Below are positions 1 through 13,205 of a DNA stretch of 64,000 nucleotides, piece by piece. Source of the stretch: Raillietiella orientalis (Eukaryota); contig JAYWIR010000041.1 in NCBI GenBank assembly GCA_036172245.1, positions 1,302,001-1,366,000 of the forward strand. Reading direction: 5' to 3'. The translations under genes were made by a program, and so were the position numbers. Under the pieces are notes generated by a model that saw only the letters and a program-made list of their open reading frames with translations, was not told where the DNA came from and made no database searches. Positions within the stretch are counted from its first letter, which is position 1; every line of letters starts with the position of its first letter.

Positions 1-3000
1 GGATTAAAGTATTTATAGACTGGCATGCAGAGAGGCTGAGTGCATCTCTGTGCGTTTCCACGTGGACTCGGAACTAGCCGGCCAGACCGAGATTCGGTCT
101 TCAAGATCTGAGGTACAAGAGCAAGCTTGGAGCACAAGAGCTTGGAGCGTTTCAAGAACTGCTCGCATTCAACACGAAGTCTGTGGTGTAATACGCTTCG
201 TGCGCACTGCTGGAAATGAAACAAGACCTTGGTGGAAAGGGGTTATTTATCAGGAAGAACGGGAGAGCCACACATTCATAGAGCAGCCCACAACCTTTGA
301 AGATGCAAGAATCGGCAGCAGCCCGTCTGCTTTCCTTCTTTTACCCTTCTCCCTCACTTTTCTTCGAATGGAAGATGTTGCTTGTCAATCGATTCGCAGC
401 AGGTTTTCGTTCCTACTCGAATGCACATGATCAGCTGAAATAAGACCACTCCTTGTTTCAGGAATTTCCAAATTAAATTCTGCACATTCTTACAGCCCGT
501 GTGATTTCGTATCTATTACTTACGGAATCGATCTTCTCCTGGGTGATGCGTTTCCGCTCCCTCGTTGACAGAAACGATTCGAGGTCTTCATAAGTTCTCA
601 TGGAAACTCTGAAAAAGGCATGCACGTTGCACGACTTGAACGGGAAACATTGCAGTGGAGAATTCGAATGACATTGAAATGCATCGGCACCTGCGTGATT
701 GAGTTTACTGTAACAGTTCCGGGGAATTCCAAAGAAAAACTCTCAAAGAGAAACTTGAAACAGTTTGCAGATCACAGGCGAAGAATTGGCATCTTTGGAG
801 AAAAGTCAAGTCGAAGCCTCTTCTCCGCTCTCTAAGAGATCGTTTGCGGAGTAAAGTATCGCGAAGAATTAGTGACTCGAGAATCCCAGTTGAATGCGGA
901 TTTTTCGACATCCGTTTTGTTCCCGCCATGCTCTTCCCCAAGGGATTCTTCAGCGTTTACTTTCCCCGTTATGTTCGCCTGTCGTGTGTCCCGTTCCACG
1001 GACGTGCATTTGTCGAATGGCAGTCGTAGGCGTCTTTGGGAAAGCAAATCGCTTTCTTGGTCTTCATACTTTCTTTGCACGTAAGCGTAATAAACGCAGC
1101 CATGATTACACGCTTGCAGCCGTTTCTCATCCGCAGCATCACATCTCGCCATTATTTAAATCGTCTCGGTCACACAAGGAAACCGAGACCGAATTTCACG
1201 GGATGCACTCGCCATCAGAGGTGGCAGATATCGATGCGCCATTATGTGGAAAATCATTTGCTTTGCAACTCCGAATGATTGCCACATTGTGGAAAAAATA
1301 AAAATAAAGAGAGAAGGCGTCTCCATCAGGAAGGATTGCCATATCATTACGTGAAATGAATGTGTGTGAAATTTGCACTATGGGCACTTTCCGTGTACAA
1401 ATTCATGAGAATCTTGTATAACACGTAACCTTGACTGGAAAGACTTTATACCTTGAGATTCTTCAAATGAATCTTATCCATTTTATTGGTAGAGGACTGT
1501 ACAGAATCGGATTTGACATCCAATCGTGAATGCTTTGCTTGAGATTTTAGGCAGCTACCGCTCCATTCCAGTCTTCAGCTGTTTCTTTATCTAAATTTCT
1601 TTTTCGGTGTTTTCCTCGCATTTTTTTTTCTTCTTTATGCTTCTGGAGTTTGGTTGTATTTACATGTTGAATATTATTTAGGAAATACTTGCGATTATGG
1701 CAAGTCGAGGACAAGAAGATTCCGTGTGGGCTCTGTACTGTTTTCCAGAGTCAAAGACTAAAAAGACCAACGACGTTAACAAAAACACAGCGATGAGGAA
1801 GCAAAAATACTTCATCTAAAAGTAATGCATAGGATGGGGAAGTCGGCTACGGATTCCTGATTGAATATTAGAAAATTCGGATTTCTCAGGAATGTATTCA
1901 TCATGTGGCTGTCAGACATCTATCTACAAATTGATAGTAATCCATGAATCAGTCGATTACGTGTGAGGAAGTCGCACCGAATTCGGATGAAGTGTTCAAA
2001 TAGGAAGAAATGAGAACTCTATGAAAGTCTTTTCATCTCTCCATTTGCTTCTTCTGCTCTGCGCCTCATTTTAATTCTCAAGATATGCTGTTGCAGCTGA
2101 AGAAATCTAAGATTTTTGTTTAGTATGATTTCCGGAGGCTCAACTAGAGATTCTTACAGGGGGGAAAAAAAAATAAAAAATACCATTTATCGAAGCATTT
2201 GTATAAACCATGGAGAACGCTCATTTTTAGATGGTCTTTTTTCGCAGATGACTTCGAAAGATGATAAGGACAACAGAGCTTTGTCATTAACAACTGCTTT
2301 TTCCTACCACTTTAAACAAACGTCGCTGTGAATGCTCATCGCTTCACTACAGCCAGTCAGAGAGAAAGCAATGATTCGAGTGGCGACATTGCATAAAATC
2401 GGTGTAACAAGCATTTTAAAGCAGTAGAAGAGTTGCTTTTTCTCTCAAGAGACAGAATGCTTGAAAAAAGATTCCTCTTAGGGAGGAGTTGAAACGCCTG
2501 GAACCTTCGTGCAAGTCCTGAGATGAATCCGACGGCATGAAATTCAAAAACATTGCCCTCAGCCAGTGTCTGTGCTTCCAGGCCTTCCTTGTTTTGAGGA
2601 CTACAAGATGCCTTATTCTTACTTCAAGTGGTTCGGAAGGGAAGCAATAATTTAACATTTCCAGGACAAGGACAGAACAGGAAGTAGGCGAGCCTTTGAC
2701 TCTGGAGAACAGCACAAAAAGCTGCGCGCAATCACAAGATATTTGAGATATGCAAAAGACGCGAAGAAATTAAGGAGAACAACTGCTAATTAAAAATTGC
2801 AACTACAATTGAATTCCTATTACCTTATGCTTGGGGAAGACCCGTCTTCATAATTTGTGTTTACACCTTGTTTGGCACCTTCTAAAAGTTGTAGGGATCA
2901 TGTGAGCTGCTGTCCTTCCAAGATAAAATGCATCTATCGTAAAGCTATCAAAGATCAAAGATAATTGGAACCATAGAAATGATTGAGCGTCAGATCTTGG

Positions 3001-4229
3001 GAAGTCAGCAAATCCCTGCATACTAGTGTTGCCACCATGTTGAGAACTCTTCAAATTCTGGCTCCATGTGTTCCTGCTCTAAAAGATGAAAAATTAACAC
3101 CTATGGCGCAAGCATCCTCAGTGCAGGAAATATGAAAAAAACTCATGCAGAGCCATGGCACTATGGCACTCTTTGCCGGGCTCTCATACTCTTCCTGCTC
3201 ACCGTCTTCGACAGTTTCGTAATGGATTCTGGTCGTGCTGAATTCTCGAAGGGGGAGCAATTTGCGCAGATCACCATGTCAACAGCAAACCGGTCTTTCT
3301 CATGGAGACAGGACATCAAGGCCCACCTCAGAGAAGCCTCAACGCTGAATGAGACTGGCCTCTACCAAACTGCGGAAAAAGAAACAAGAGAAGAAAAAGG
3401 AGCTGATGATTGTACTTGGAAAGAAAGAAGGAATGGTAGTCCACGTAGCTTGGGCTTCAACCACGGAAACAAACGACAAGAGAGGTTGGCCTTTCAGGAA
3501 GGGTTCTCTCTTGACTGTTCTCCCTGGACGTGTGAAGGTCCGAAGATGATTTGCTAGAGTTGCTGTTGTCCAAATGCATGAGTCTCGAGCTATCCTGGAA
3601 AATTTGCTTTCAAAGGTTATCATTACCACGACAATGAGTTGTAGCTCGAAAATAATAAATAAAAGAAAGTGCAGTGACCTCCGTATAAGGCAGATTTGCA
3701 TAACAATCCTCGCATAACGCGGTTAATTAGTCCTTAGGACAGACGCTGTGGATGGATCTTCGTTTCGTGAAAGAGTGTGTCAGTTGAGGGATAAGAAGAG
3801 CAGGAACACACGACTTGAGTAACTTGGATTTTATTCGGACTTTCGTGTATAGAATAGCTCAAAAGGATGCACCTTTCAACAACAAGGAGCTCAAACTATA
3901 GAACTGTTTAAATTGATAGATTATCCAGAGAATTCCAAAAGCCTTTTTTTTTACTTCAAGTTAATTGAGGGTGGTTAACCTTAAAGCTAAACAGCTTGAA
4001 TTGCTCCATTGGAGGATGCGTGGCTGTAGCACAAAGCGTCGCGGGTTCGAATACCCAGGGAACACCGACATCCGTGGATTCAGCTGTGCCGTGGATTTCC
4101 CGGCATGATGGGCTTTGCTTGTGAACCAGCAGAACGACTTCTCGGGTCGTCTAATGGATGCACTATTGATGCATCTCCCACGAATTGAGGAGCGGGTTCC
4201 CTACTCAGCCCACACGTGCTTGGTTGCCG

Positions 4230-4960
4230 GTTGCTTATCCTGTGCGTGATGGTTCTGAAGTCACCAGTTGACCAACGTAGCAATAGTCCCATGCTAGTCT
4301 CAGCATTCTCGTCCATGATTATTAATTTTCTTGTACTCTGTTCCGTTGTTGCACTAGTGTTTTTGGATGCGGTTTAGTTTCAAGGAAAGGACCGGAAGCC
4401 TCACACCATCGCTTTTGATGCCGGGACTCTTTCACGTTACGCTCCTCCCAAAATCTTGCCGTGATGACTCCACACACACATTCCTGTTCCCGTTTCGGTA
4501 TCCTTTTCCTGGAAACCATCTGACACTTCAATCCATCCGAATTGTACAAGTATTGAGTGCTGCCTGCAAAGAGCTTGTAGCCCCTTGTAGTTTGTGTTTG
4601 GACACTTTTGTGTACGGTATGTGCTGCTGTTGTTTCTGCACTGAGACTTCCAGACGAGTCAGCGAAGACACCTCTTCTCCGGAAGAGTTGCATCTCCAAT
4701 GCGTTCAAGTTGAGCGACGATCGGATCGTCCCCGCACCTGTTGATGCTGCCCTCCACGAAATGTGGCGGAGGCAGTGTTCAGCGCTCCTGCATCCTGAGG
4801 ACAGTGCTAAGGACTTGCTGGAGCGATTCTTCGCTCGCGGCAGGGTGCCAACGTGATTGCGACGTATTGCATCTGCGCCGCCGTCACGGTTCGGCATGTG
4901 TTGGAGTGTCGGGCGCAGAGAAGGGAGGTCACCCGCATGGCAGGCGCCTACAGGAGTGCG
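4230..4960 (+). mobile_element. Degenerate non-LTR retrotransposon 3' fragment (RNase H + CCHC knuckle; I/Nimb/Ingi-like)
   Basis: Motifs in the expected order across frameshifts: VRDGSE (4242; cf. YTDGSK), VVCVWT...LPDESAKT...KLSD...MWRRQC (from 4587; cf. VxFxWVPSH...ADxAAK...SD...WQxxW), and CICAAVTVRHVLEC (4868-4909; CxC...TVxHxLxxC knuckle). Confidence 0.5.
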
Positions 4961-5209
4961 GCTGGGAGGTGGCCTCACCTGGAAGAAGAAATGGAGCTGG
5001 AGATGGGCGGCATTCTGGGTGGGTACTGAGCCAGACGGAGCGCCCGATGCCAATGATCCCTGTCCCCACTCTCCCTTTATTTCTTTATTTAGTGTCCCCT
5101 TCCCTTCTACTTTCGACTGCCCCAGCACACGACCTGCGTATCTTTTTTCTTTTGTTTCGCGAACGGCTCTCCAAACGTGTTTGATTATTTTTGCTATTTG
5201 CACGTCCCG

Positions 5210-5955
5210 GCGTCACTGGGGGGAAATCTGGCACAGGAACATTGCTTCCTGTGATACATTATCGAAATTCAACAATTTCCTAGACTTAGCAAGCAATGTG
5301 GAGGACATGTGGAGTGATTTTGCTGATGTTATATGCTTACAAAAGTACGCGTGCCATAGTGGCGTCACTAATTGCGATGTCTGGATTTGGTCTGCTGCCA
5401 AAGATTGTCTCAGTCTTAACAGCACTTTTAAAATCCACGACTATATCCTGGCTACTTAGGACCAGTGAGAATCCATCAGAAATGGAGATGGCTGCTGGTC
5501 GTCCATGTTTTCTCCTCATGTGCCACAGTTTCACAGAATTGAATAATAAAAATGAAATTGCAACTTGCTAATGCAATGCACATATGGAGTTCTGCGTCAC
5601 ATACCCTCAGCATGATCGCCGAGGTTGTCCAGCCGCTCCGACGCCTCTTTGGAGTAAAGAAACGTTCTTGGGTACTCCGTAAACAGGGCAAATAGGCTGG
5701 AAGGACGTGGAAAGCTGTAAATGGAAAAACACAGGATTTTCATCCTCCGAACGAGATGCTTTCCGCCATTGCAGTCCGAACGAAATTCTGGAATCTCCTA
5801 AAGCATGCTGTCTATCTTTTTTATGCATACGCAGTGCGGCGACGAGAAGCCTCGGTAACACGCGTGCCGGGAAGCTCACGACCTTCATTTCTGTCATTCT
5901 GCGTACTGAAAGCAAGCACCTGAGAATGGTAACCAGAAAGAGCTTCAGCATGTTG
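5210..5955 (+). mobile_element. Degenerate Ty3/Gypsy pol fragment (RT C-terminal half, connection, RNase H)
   Basis: Ordered motifs CLSLNSTF (cf. LxLNxxK), GYLG (cf. YLGH), ELNNKNEI (cf. PxNKxE), AEVVQPLRRLFGVKKRSW (cf. PLRxLLKKxxxW) and VILRTESKHLRMVTRKSF (cf. VxTDHKPLxxIxxK). Many stops and frameshifts; no LTR seen. Confidence 0.5.
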
Positions 5956-5959
5956 GAAA

Positions 5960-8310
5960 AGATGGACCCCACCACGGACATCTTTTTTTGTGCCACCGGC
6001 AGCGAGATTGCCGAAAGCCGAAACAGGTGGTGGAAGCATCACTGCACCGGGCTGTTCCTCAGACGATCACTCAAGGAGGGAGCCAAGGAGCGAATCCGCT
6101 ATTGCATGGGGAAGAGGCTCGACTCCCCACAGCGATAAGACCTAAAAGCAGATTCCGTGAAGAGGTCAGTGCAGCTTTCTGGGACTCAGCAAGGAACCGA
6201 TAGAGTGTCCATCAACCGCTATGAGTAGCACCTGCCGGCCTGTTGCGCCAGCTGCTGACCTGAGTCCACTGAAGGAACACTGTCCTCCTTCTTCCGCCGG
6301 ATCTGGATGCGGCTCCTTCCCAGGGGCGGGGAACTTTAATTCGTCACCCATGGAAACCCATCTTTGTCCTAACCCAAAACGTTATGTGCCAAGATCTGGA
6401 CCAAGAGACTCAAGAAACATCTGCGATCGGTGGTTCCTCCCACACAGACGTTTGTTGTCCCAGTGAGATATGTAGGAGAATGTTAAGTGTGCCCAAGCCC
6501 TCTTAGAATGCCACTGCATTCTAGGCAACGATTTGATGCTGGACCTCACTGATATCGAGAACTAGGTGCTACTGAGAATGACGCGGAAGATGGACTTCTA
6601 AGGGAAATTCCTCGTATCAGTTTGAAGAAAGCCAGAATCAATATGAACACAAAGAGTCTCAAATCCAAAGAAATTGGAACAGAATGAAGAGTCCTCCAGG
6701 GAGACGTCTGGAGGCCCATTTTCTTTACATGGAAACAGTGGCATCTCATGACACTAAGGACAGCAGGCTGAAGGAGAGGGAGGAAGACCACCACCCATTT
6801 GGCTTACGCTGAACATCTCTTCGTAATATCTGATAAGGAAGATCAAAATGCTTACCTACCATCACAGAGGCCATAGAGCATGGACTTGGGATGAAGGTCA
6901 GCGCGGCAAAATGCCCTATTGTTTGCCGTCGGAATAACCGACGCCAATATTCTGTAGACCCACAAGGTCAGGATTGAAGACGGCATTAAGTATCCAGGCA
7001 CCCACACTGGTGATGATCAGGTGTCATCAGCATCCCATTGGAAGGAAACAGTCCAGAAGATCAGGAAAGGAGGCAATGAATATGGCAGGGGAACTCCTCT
7101 CTGAAAGAAGAGACCTAATTCCGTGACCTTGCACCCAAGTTCTTGTTGGGAGCACCCTTCTAAAACTGCCCGAGAAGGTGGCCAAACATCTGGTCAACGG
7201 CCAAAGAACACTCGTGTGGAGAGGAGGGAAGCCTCGAGAGAAATCGAAGTTTTCATGCCGTCCGAGAGCGGAACCAGCGTGCGGAGAATCGCTGAGCTGT
7301 CGAGCTCCGGGATATGCAACGCCAAGTGAGACATGCCAGTGCGTGGGATGGATGACCACACGTGCTCCACCGCTCCCGCGAAAAACGGCTCAACTGCCGA
7401 ACCGGTCAACAGAAACGATAGACTGATGTTCGTCGCTTCCACCCAGTCTTGTCTGGAATTAGAAGGCAATGGTGAAAGATCGCCCCGACCTGGCTGAGGA
7501 AGCAACACCTCGTCAGAGGCGCTCAAGGAACTGGCCACGGCGGTGACGCTTTTTAAGGATTTATCATGGGTTATAGGAAAATAACTTCAGAGTAGACTGC
7601 AATCGACCATCGGAGACTGCGAGCGATTCCCAACTAGCGTGATACCCGCGAGGATGTTGCAGCACACACTGCAGATGCAAACGTGGAACACAAACAGGTT
7701 CAGGGTCTCAATGGACCGAGGTCAAATCACAAGATCTGGAAGACCACCTGCGAGCCAAAGGAACTGCCTGCTAGGAGTGAAGGTGACATGGGAACAGTTT
7801 CGATGACCTCGTCTGAATCCTTCTGCCATCGGGACCGTTTTGTGGAGATCCAACGTCTTTCCAGATACTCAATGCTCTGTCACAGAAGACTCCTTTGCAA
7901 CTCGCGGGTCCAACATTGGATGGGAAACCCCGATGGTGGAAGATGCCCTGTATGCGGGGAAAAAGAGGACCTCCACCTCTACCCTGCCAAATTCCTGTCC
8001 GAGACTGGAAGGTGATGAAGCAGGCGACCGAACTGGAAGCCCTGACTAGGATAAAAATTCTTCGAAGACTTTTCAAAGGTCAAGGGAGGCTCCCCATGCA
8101 CAACTCCATGATGAGGGCGACCACAGGCTTTTTCAATCGGACCATCCTCGCAAGGAGGGCAATGCTCCGAAGGTGTGCAAATGCAACAGCGCGGGGACAT
8201 CTTGAAAAAAAAAAAAAAGGCAGGAACCCTGCATCAGAGGCTGAGAAGTTGCAACAGGAAGGAGAATGCTATGAGGCGAAACTCAACAAGGTACCTGTTC
8301 GATCTTTCAA
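5960..8310 (+). mobile_element. Degenerate L1/Tx1-clade LINE ORF2 (RT + C-terminal zf-RVT/CCHC), 5'-truncated
   Basis: REEVSAAF; WKPIFVL (6351) followed by CAKIWTKRLKKHLRSVVPPTQTFVVPVRYV (cf. WRPISLLN..KILAKILAxRLKxVL..II...QxxFVPGR); VLQGDVWRPIFF (6691; cf. GVRQGxPLSPxLF); HLAYAEHL (6796; cf. YADD); GLGMKVSAAKC; IKYPG (cf. KYLG); LCHRRLLCNSRV...RCPVCGEKEDLHL (~7875-7980). Interrupted by stops and frameshifts. Confidence 0.8.
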
Positions 8311-8836
8311 GTGAAAATATCCAAAATACAAGAAATGTAAGGCTGAAAGTGCTAAATGAGATTACTGAATCCTATTTACATGAAAGGATATATGCTGGAA
8401 GAAAACATTCTTCTATTGGTTTTTCTCCCTCAAACCGAATGCGAAAATTCGCAGCAACAGTGAGTAGACTGAGAATAAAATTATAGGCATGCTCATTTGG
8501 AGCCACACTGATAATAAATGAAGCTTTCAAACTATAAAGGTGATTATGTCAGCTATTAACGATCTAGAAGATGAGCCAGGAAATCATCGGAGATCTTTGT
8601 AAACAAAAGTATCAAAAAGAGTGGATTTGTCACTTTCGATGATACGGACGACAAATTGTCAGTTTAGCGTTGTGTAATGAGGAAACGCATCCCAAGGAAT
8701 GAGAAACCTCGAGAATGTTTCGAGGAAGACGTGAGAGGCTGCCACGTTCCTTCTTCGATGAGTGTTCTGCAGATATGAATACAAGATAGCAGCTTATTTC
8801 GAGTGCTAAGCAGAAATGAACGTGTAAGAAAAAGCT

Positions 8837-8853
8837 CACACACACACACACAC
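8837..8853. repeat. (CA)n microsatellite
   Basis: Perfect cacacacacacacacac run. Confidence 0.9.
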
Positions 8854-10136
8854 GTGAGGAAAATGGACTGTTTCGCGTGGTTTTCTCTTTTTTGGCTGTT
8901 TGCTCTTTTTGATTTTAATTTTTGTGCAGTTCCAGTTTTGGGGTCGCTATTTGCATTCCGATTCGCTCTTTCGACGTTGAGTCTTTGCTAATCTTCCTAC
9001 CTCCTCTTTCGGGAGCCGGAAAGACTCACGGTGAGTTCCGAATCTCCTTTGGTAAGTAGCAGCTTTCATCTAGAAATAAAACGATGATTTCATTATGGAG
9101 CACATTGCAAAGCAATGACTATTTCCATTCTGCAATAATTTTCTCCTAGGAACCGGAGCAAGGATAAAAAAAAAAAAAAATGCTACGCTCAATTGCTGTC
9201 ATGAAATCTTCTCAGCCATGAAGCCCAGAAGATACGAGAACTCTAAAACAAATTTTCGTGATTGGCCAGGGCTTATACGGGTGTGTATGTGTAAATTATA
9301 TAATGGTTCCCGAGTCACGAGGTATAAACTCTTCGCAAGTTCCGTATGTATGTGTGTATATACATGCATAGATATACGTACTTATAGAGTTAAAATTTAC
9401 ATTGAATCCCGATGCAGTCGTTCTGTTTCCTTTTATTCGCGATCTGATTGCCAGCTGCATTGATTAAGGACAAACTAGGAACTTGAAAAATGCCCTCACA
9501 CATGACGTACCGAGCGTCCCTCGTGCCATCAAAATCACAAATTGTAACTTAATTCGGGATACACCCATAAATAACACTAACGTTCAGAGTTCTCGATGGT
9601 AGCTGTGCAATCTGATTCAATCTGATCCGCTGACGAGTGAGCTGGAATAGTGGCTAACGCAGAAGAAGAAAAAGAATCAAACCAGTTGTGTTCTCTTGGA
9701 GAGCGCTCTATGGCATCCTGGAGATACACGTGAAAGACGTAAATGCCGCTGGAAACATTCGCATCGCGTAATTAATGATGAAACGCAGCCTCAGACGCAG
9801 AAACCGAGAATTTGTGAGATCAACAGCAGTGTTTACTACTGGAAGACTAGATACAAAAAAGTGCTGAGGACCGAAAAATGATCTTTGCTTTTGTCGCCGA
9901 GAGAAGCGAAATTTGTGTCACCTGCCTCAGCTTCCACGGTACGATGCCAATCCCTCCCTCACGATTTGTTTCTTGCTCAAACGGTTTTTACTTCCTTTAC
10001 TGTTAGTTTTTTTTTTTTTAATAAGAGTCACTTCCTAGATTCTTGCACGTGAGTTCTGAGCCGCTAATTTTCAAGGTTTCGTGCAGGTTGGCTCATAACT
10101 TGCATTTGAGAGACCCACGTTTCAGGTTATTGCCGT

Positions 10137-10600
10137 TCAAAGATCTGCCACCGAGAGATGTGTGCGATTTCTGATTCGAAACTCAATGAGCCCATTAGAG
10201 CTGTGTTTCAGCCGAAACGGACAGCTGTCAAAGGGTTTCCAGATGTCCCGATTTTCGCTCACGGCGCTCAGAGAGTCATGGCGAGCACCTTCCCGGTTGA
10301 TGGCTGAATCATCTTCCGCCATTTGCAAGGCCTCGCAATTCAGCTGATCTCCTGGGTGAGTTACCTAAGACCACAAGAGGATGCTCCTCGCGACGACCTC
10401 ATAAATGAAAATGAATGGTGGACAATCCTGTTCGTCAGATTTGATTTCCTGTCCCTCTTCCACGATGAAATTCCCGAAAAAACCTTGATCGACTGAGGTG
10501 TGGTTTCTCTGCAACGCTTTGATCTTAGCCAAAAGGCTGAGGAACGATTTGAAGAGTTTGGCCTGATCAGATATCCATCCAGATGGAGTACCATTTCTAA
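10137..10600 (-). pseudogene. Protein-like reading frame broken by one in-frame TAG; possibly the region C-terminal to COR in a Roco-like protein
   Basis: ORFs 10365..10664 and 10137..10328 are in the same frame and separated by a single stop. Peptide LQRNH...DCPPFIFI...QLNCEA loosely resembles the LQRxF...CPxLFxL...LxLxCEAP pattern of some Roco-type proteins. Family assignment is weak. Confidence 0.3.
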
Positions 10601-11369
10601 TGCGTGTGATCGAATCGATCGGTCGGCCTGATGGGAACAAAGGAAGGGTCAGGTTGAGGAACACGGTTTATGTGCACCATGTTCTTCAACCTCCTTTTCC
10701 TTCTTTGTTCTCCTCCGTTTTTCGATTCAGACTGCTCCTTCTACCAAGTTTTCCTTCCTCCCTACAGTTCGATGCCGAATAATGCTTTCCGGCTGCCCAC
10801 AGGTATATGATCTTCTCTCAGATAAGGATGGATAACTGCTGCGTAGCCCATATTAGATTTCTCCATCAATTAGAAAGTTTGTAATTTATACTACCCATTA
10901 CTCTGAATGCGAGGAGGTTTATCATCACGAAATGGCCAGATAGCAAAAGAGCACTTCCTCCTAGAGAAAGATTGAGGAAATACATAAGCGAACATGCTCG
11001 ACTTGAGACCACAGCCAGCAGCAATACAAAAACCAACTGTCAAAACAAGAACATTTCGTGGAATTCCAGCATTTAGCTTCACCCTGGTAGCTCCTTTCGA
11101 GAGGACGGGACTGATGATTCCATTCCTGTTCCGGGGAAATAAAATAAGCAGAGGAATCTCATATTATTGCGTGGCTGCAGCATCTTGTTATACATGCATC
11201 ATTTATTAGATCTCCGGGTTTCCCATGAACAAGCGCTAAGATCCAGAGAGTTCGAGGCCCTCGACGTCATTTGCTGCTTTCCGATGGTGTATTTTCTAAA
11301 CAAATAAAGAGCAGCGCATAACAGAGAGATTCCTGACGTGTCGGGGAGATAAATTTGTTTGCAGAAAAT

Positions 11370-12560
11370 GAATCGGCGGAATCGTCAATGATCATCGAGC
11401 CTTTCAATGATGCCAAGCTCTTCATTCGCTTTGCGATGATTGCAACATTACTTGGCGTCGCTCTACCCAGCCGAATATTTTCGTTTTCTTGGGGGGTTGT
11501 CGTTAGATAATCCCAATCATTCATGGAAGATTGCCAGTCTCCGATATCCTCCGACTCCGGAATTGCTTCGATGCAACCGTAGATTTTTATTTTTGCTTGA
11601 ATCTGTCAGTAAGCACGCTCCCAGTGAGTTCGCAATGGGTGCAATAATTCACGCGATATCCTACGGAAGATAATCAATCCATGCTTTTGCAGTTCCGTTG
11701 AAGATTCGTTTTTCAAAATTAAGAATACTTGTCAATATCGACCTCTGCCTGCATTTCCGGGTCCCATAATTCCTTGTTCTCGACATCGGGAAAAAACGCA
11801 CGTTTAACCATCACTTATGCTGAGTTCTATTTTAATTCCCACTTTGAGACAAAGAGCTGTTTCCTTTGCTCCAGAGGCAGATGAATTGGATTGTGGGCAA
11901 CGGATTTTTCCTCTTTTCAAAGTACGAAAAGGATCATTTCCAATCCGCCCTTGTGCACGCTGTGCTCAGAGAAGGACGGGCTTCTACACTTGCGGCCAAG
12001 CCGTTCACAGACTCTGGATGTAAATGAACTCTGGATCGAAAACTACTTGAAATTGTACAGCGGGCCTTGTACAAAAGAAAGCAAGACGACGACGCCGTTC
12101 TTAAAAATAGTAGGGAGAGGAATAGCCGTGGGTCTTCAGCGGCGCTTCCCATTGGAAAAATTTTTCTCACAGAAATGGGGAATTCTATTGGGCACTTGGT
12201 TGGGTTTTTTCATGATGGTCCGAAAATTGCCCTGAAGCACGCAAGCGTCAGTTAGCATGCAGAGGTGGAGCACGACCATTTGACTGTTGCACTTTCGTTC
12301 ACATCATTTCACAGCTTCCCGTAAATGCAGCAAATTTTTGCATGCGATGCAGCAAAGCAGGATGGGGACGAAATCTTCACACAGCATTGCATTCCATTAT
12401 GGATGTTCTCGCGTCTTCTGGTGCTCTTTCGGAGCCAAATTTATTTCTCAATTGCCACCCTTGCAGCGCACCTTGCAAATGCAATTCTGCGTTTCGTGTG
12501 CCGTCCATAATTTCCAATACTCTCGACTTCCACAGCACCTTCGCGAGCTAACTTCTCTGC
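11370..12560 (-). mobile_element. Possible degenerate hAT transposase relic
   Basis: Minus-strand LEIMDGTRN (~12500; cf. IxDxTxD first catalytic Asp) and YLTTT...RL...SNVAII...IIDDSA (~11510-11375; cf. hAT C-terminal dimerisation YLRSTM..RLSxLAIL...IIDxFA). Heavily decayed. Confidence 0.35.
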
Positions 12561-12856
12561 ATTTCGTTGACAAACTGATGGGTCTTCGGTGATAGGCTGC
12601 AACCCAGTACCACCTATTCACTTCTGGATGCAGGTTTTGATGCTCAAAAAAAGGCATTTTCTCTACAGTGTTCACCGTAATCATAAACTGGAACAACTGT
12701 CGATAGCGGTGTGCGATATCCCACCCGGATAAAAAGAACCCGATTTAATCAATGTCATCTTACATTCCAATTGGATGACATTTCAAATCATCAAAGTTCG
12801 TCTCCAGTTCACCTGAATCCCAACACAACTCTGTGTGATACGAGTCTTCTCAAGTA

Positions 12857-13205
12857 CAGTGGTACCTCGTCACTTGTCGGTAATTCGTTCCGGAACCCGC
12901 GACGAGTGCCGAAACCGACGAGTACCGAACGAGTTCCTTGCTAGGCTCCGTGCTGTCATCTTTAACCATTTTAAGACCCACGATTAACGCTTAAAATGCA
13001 CAGAAAGCACACAAAAAAAGGAACGATTTGGGAGGCATTCTATGGAAGTGTTCGTTGGCAGTGTTTGCGAGCTACCATGAGACGAAAGCTCGTTCCATCA
13101 TGAAAGTGGGGTGCCGCGTTCCGAGCATGCGCCGAGTATCGAAGCATTTTTTTTTCTTCAAAAATGGGACGAGTTCCGACACGTTCGAGTACCGAGATAC
13201 CACTG
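12857..13205. mobile_element. Tigger/pogo-like (Tc1-mariner superfamily) MITE, 349 bp
   Basis: TA at 12855-56 and 13206-07 flank the TIRs: left CAGTGGTACCTCGTCACTTG, right (reverse complement) CAGTGGTATCTCGGTACTCG, 16/20 identical. Internal subterminal CGAGT(A/G/T)CCGA repeats near both ends. No transposase. Confidence 0.85.

Noticed and set aside
4011..4060. tRNA gene (GGTTCGAATACC B-box-like)
   Set aside because: No acceptor stem or D-arm can be folded. At most a decayed SINE head, and the same applies to the reverse B-box-like motif at ~47387-47402.
4322..5203. 293-aa minus-strand ORF
   Set aside because: No recognisable domain, and it lies antisense to a LINE relic.
5280..5345. ADVICLQ as an APE endonuclease motif
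   Set aside because: No other endonuclease motifs follow. Downstream motifs fit Gypsy RT.
8205..8218. A14 run as the LINE poly(A) tail
   Set aside because: Similar A/T homopolymers occur throughout the window, no TSD was found, and the coding-like sequence continues past it.
12880..12940. Short repeated CGACGAGT.CCGA units as a CRISPR-like array
   Set aside because: Units are short and irregular without unique spacers. They are MITE subterminal repeats, and no cas genes are present.
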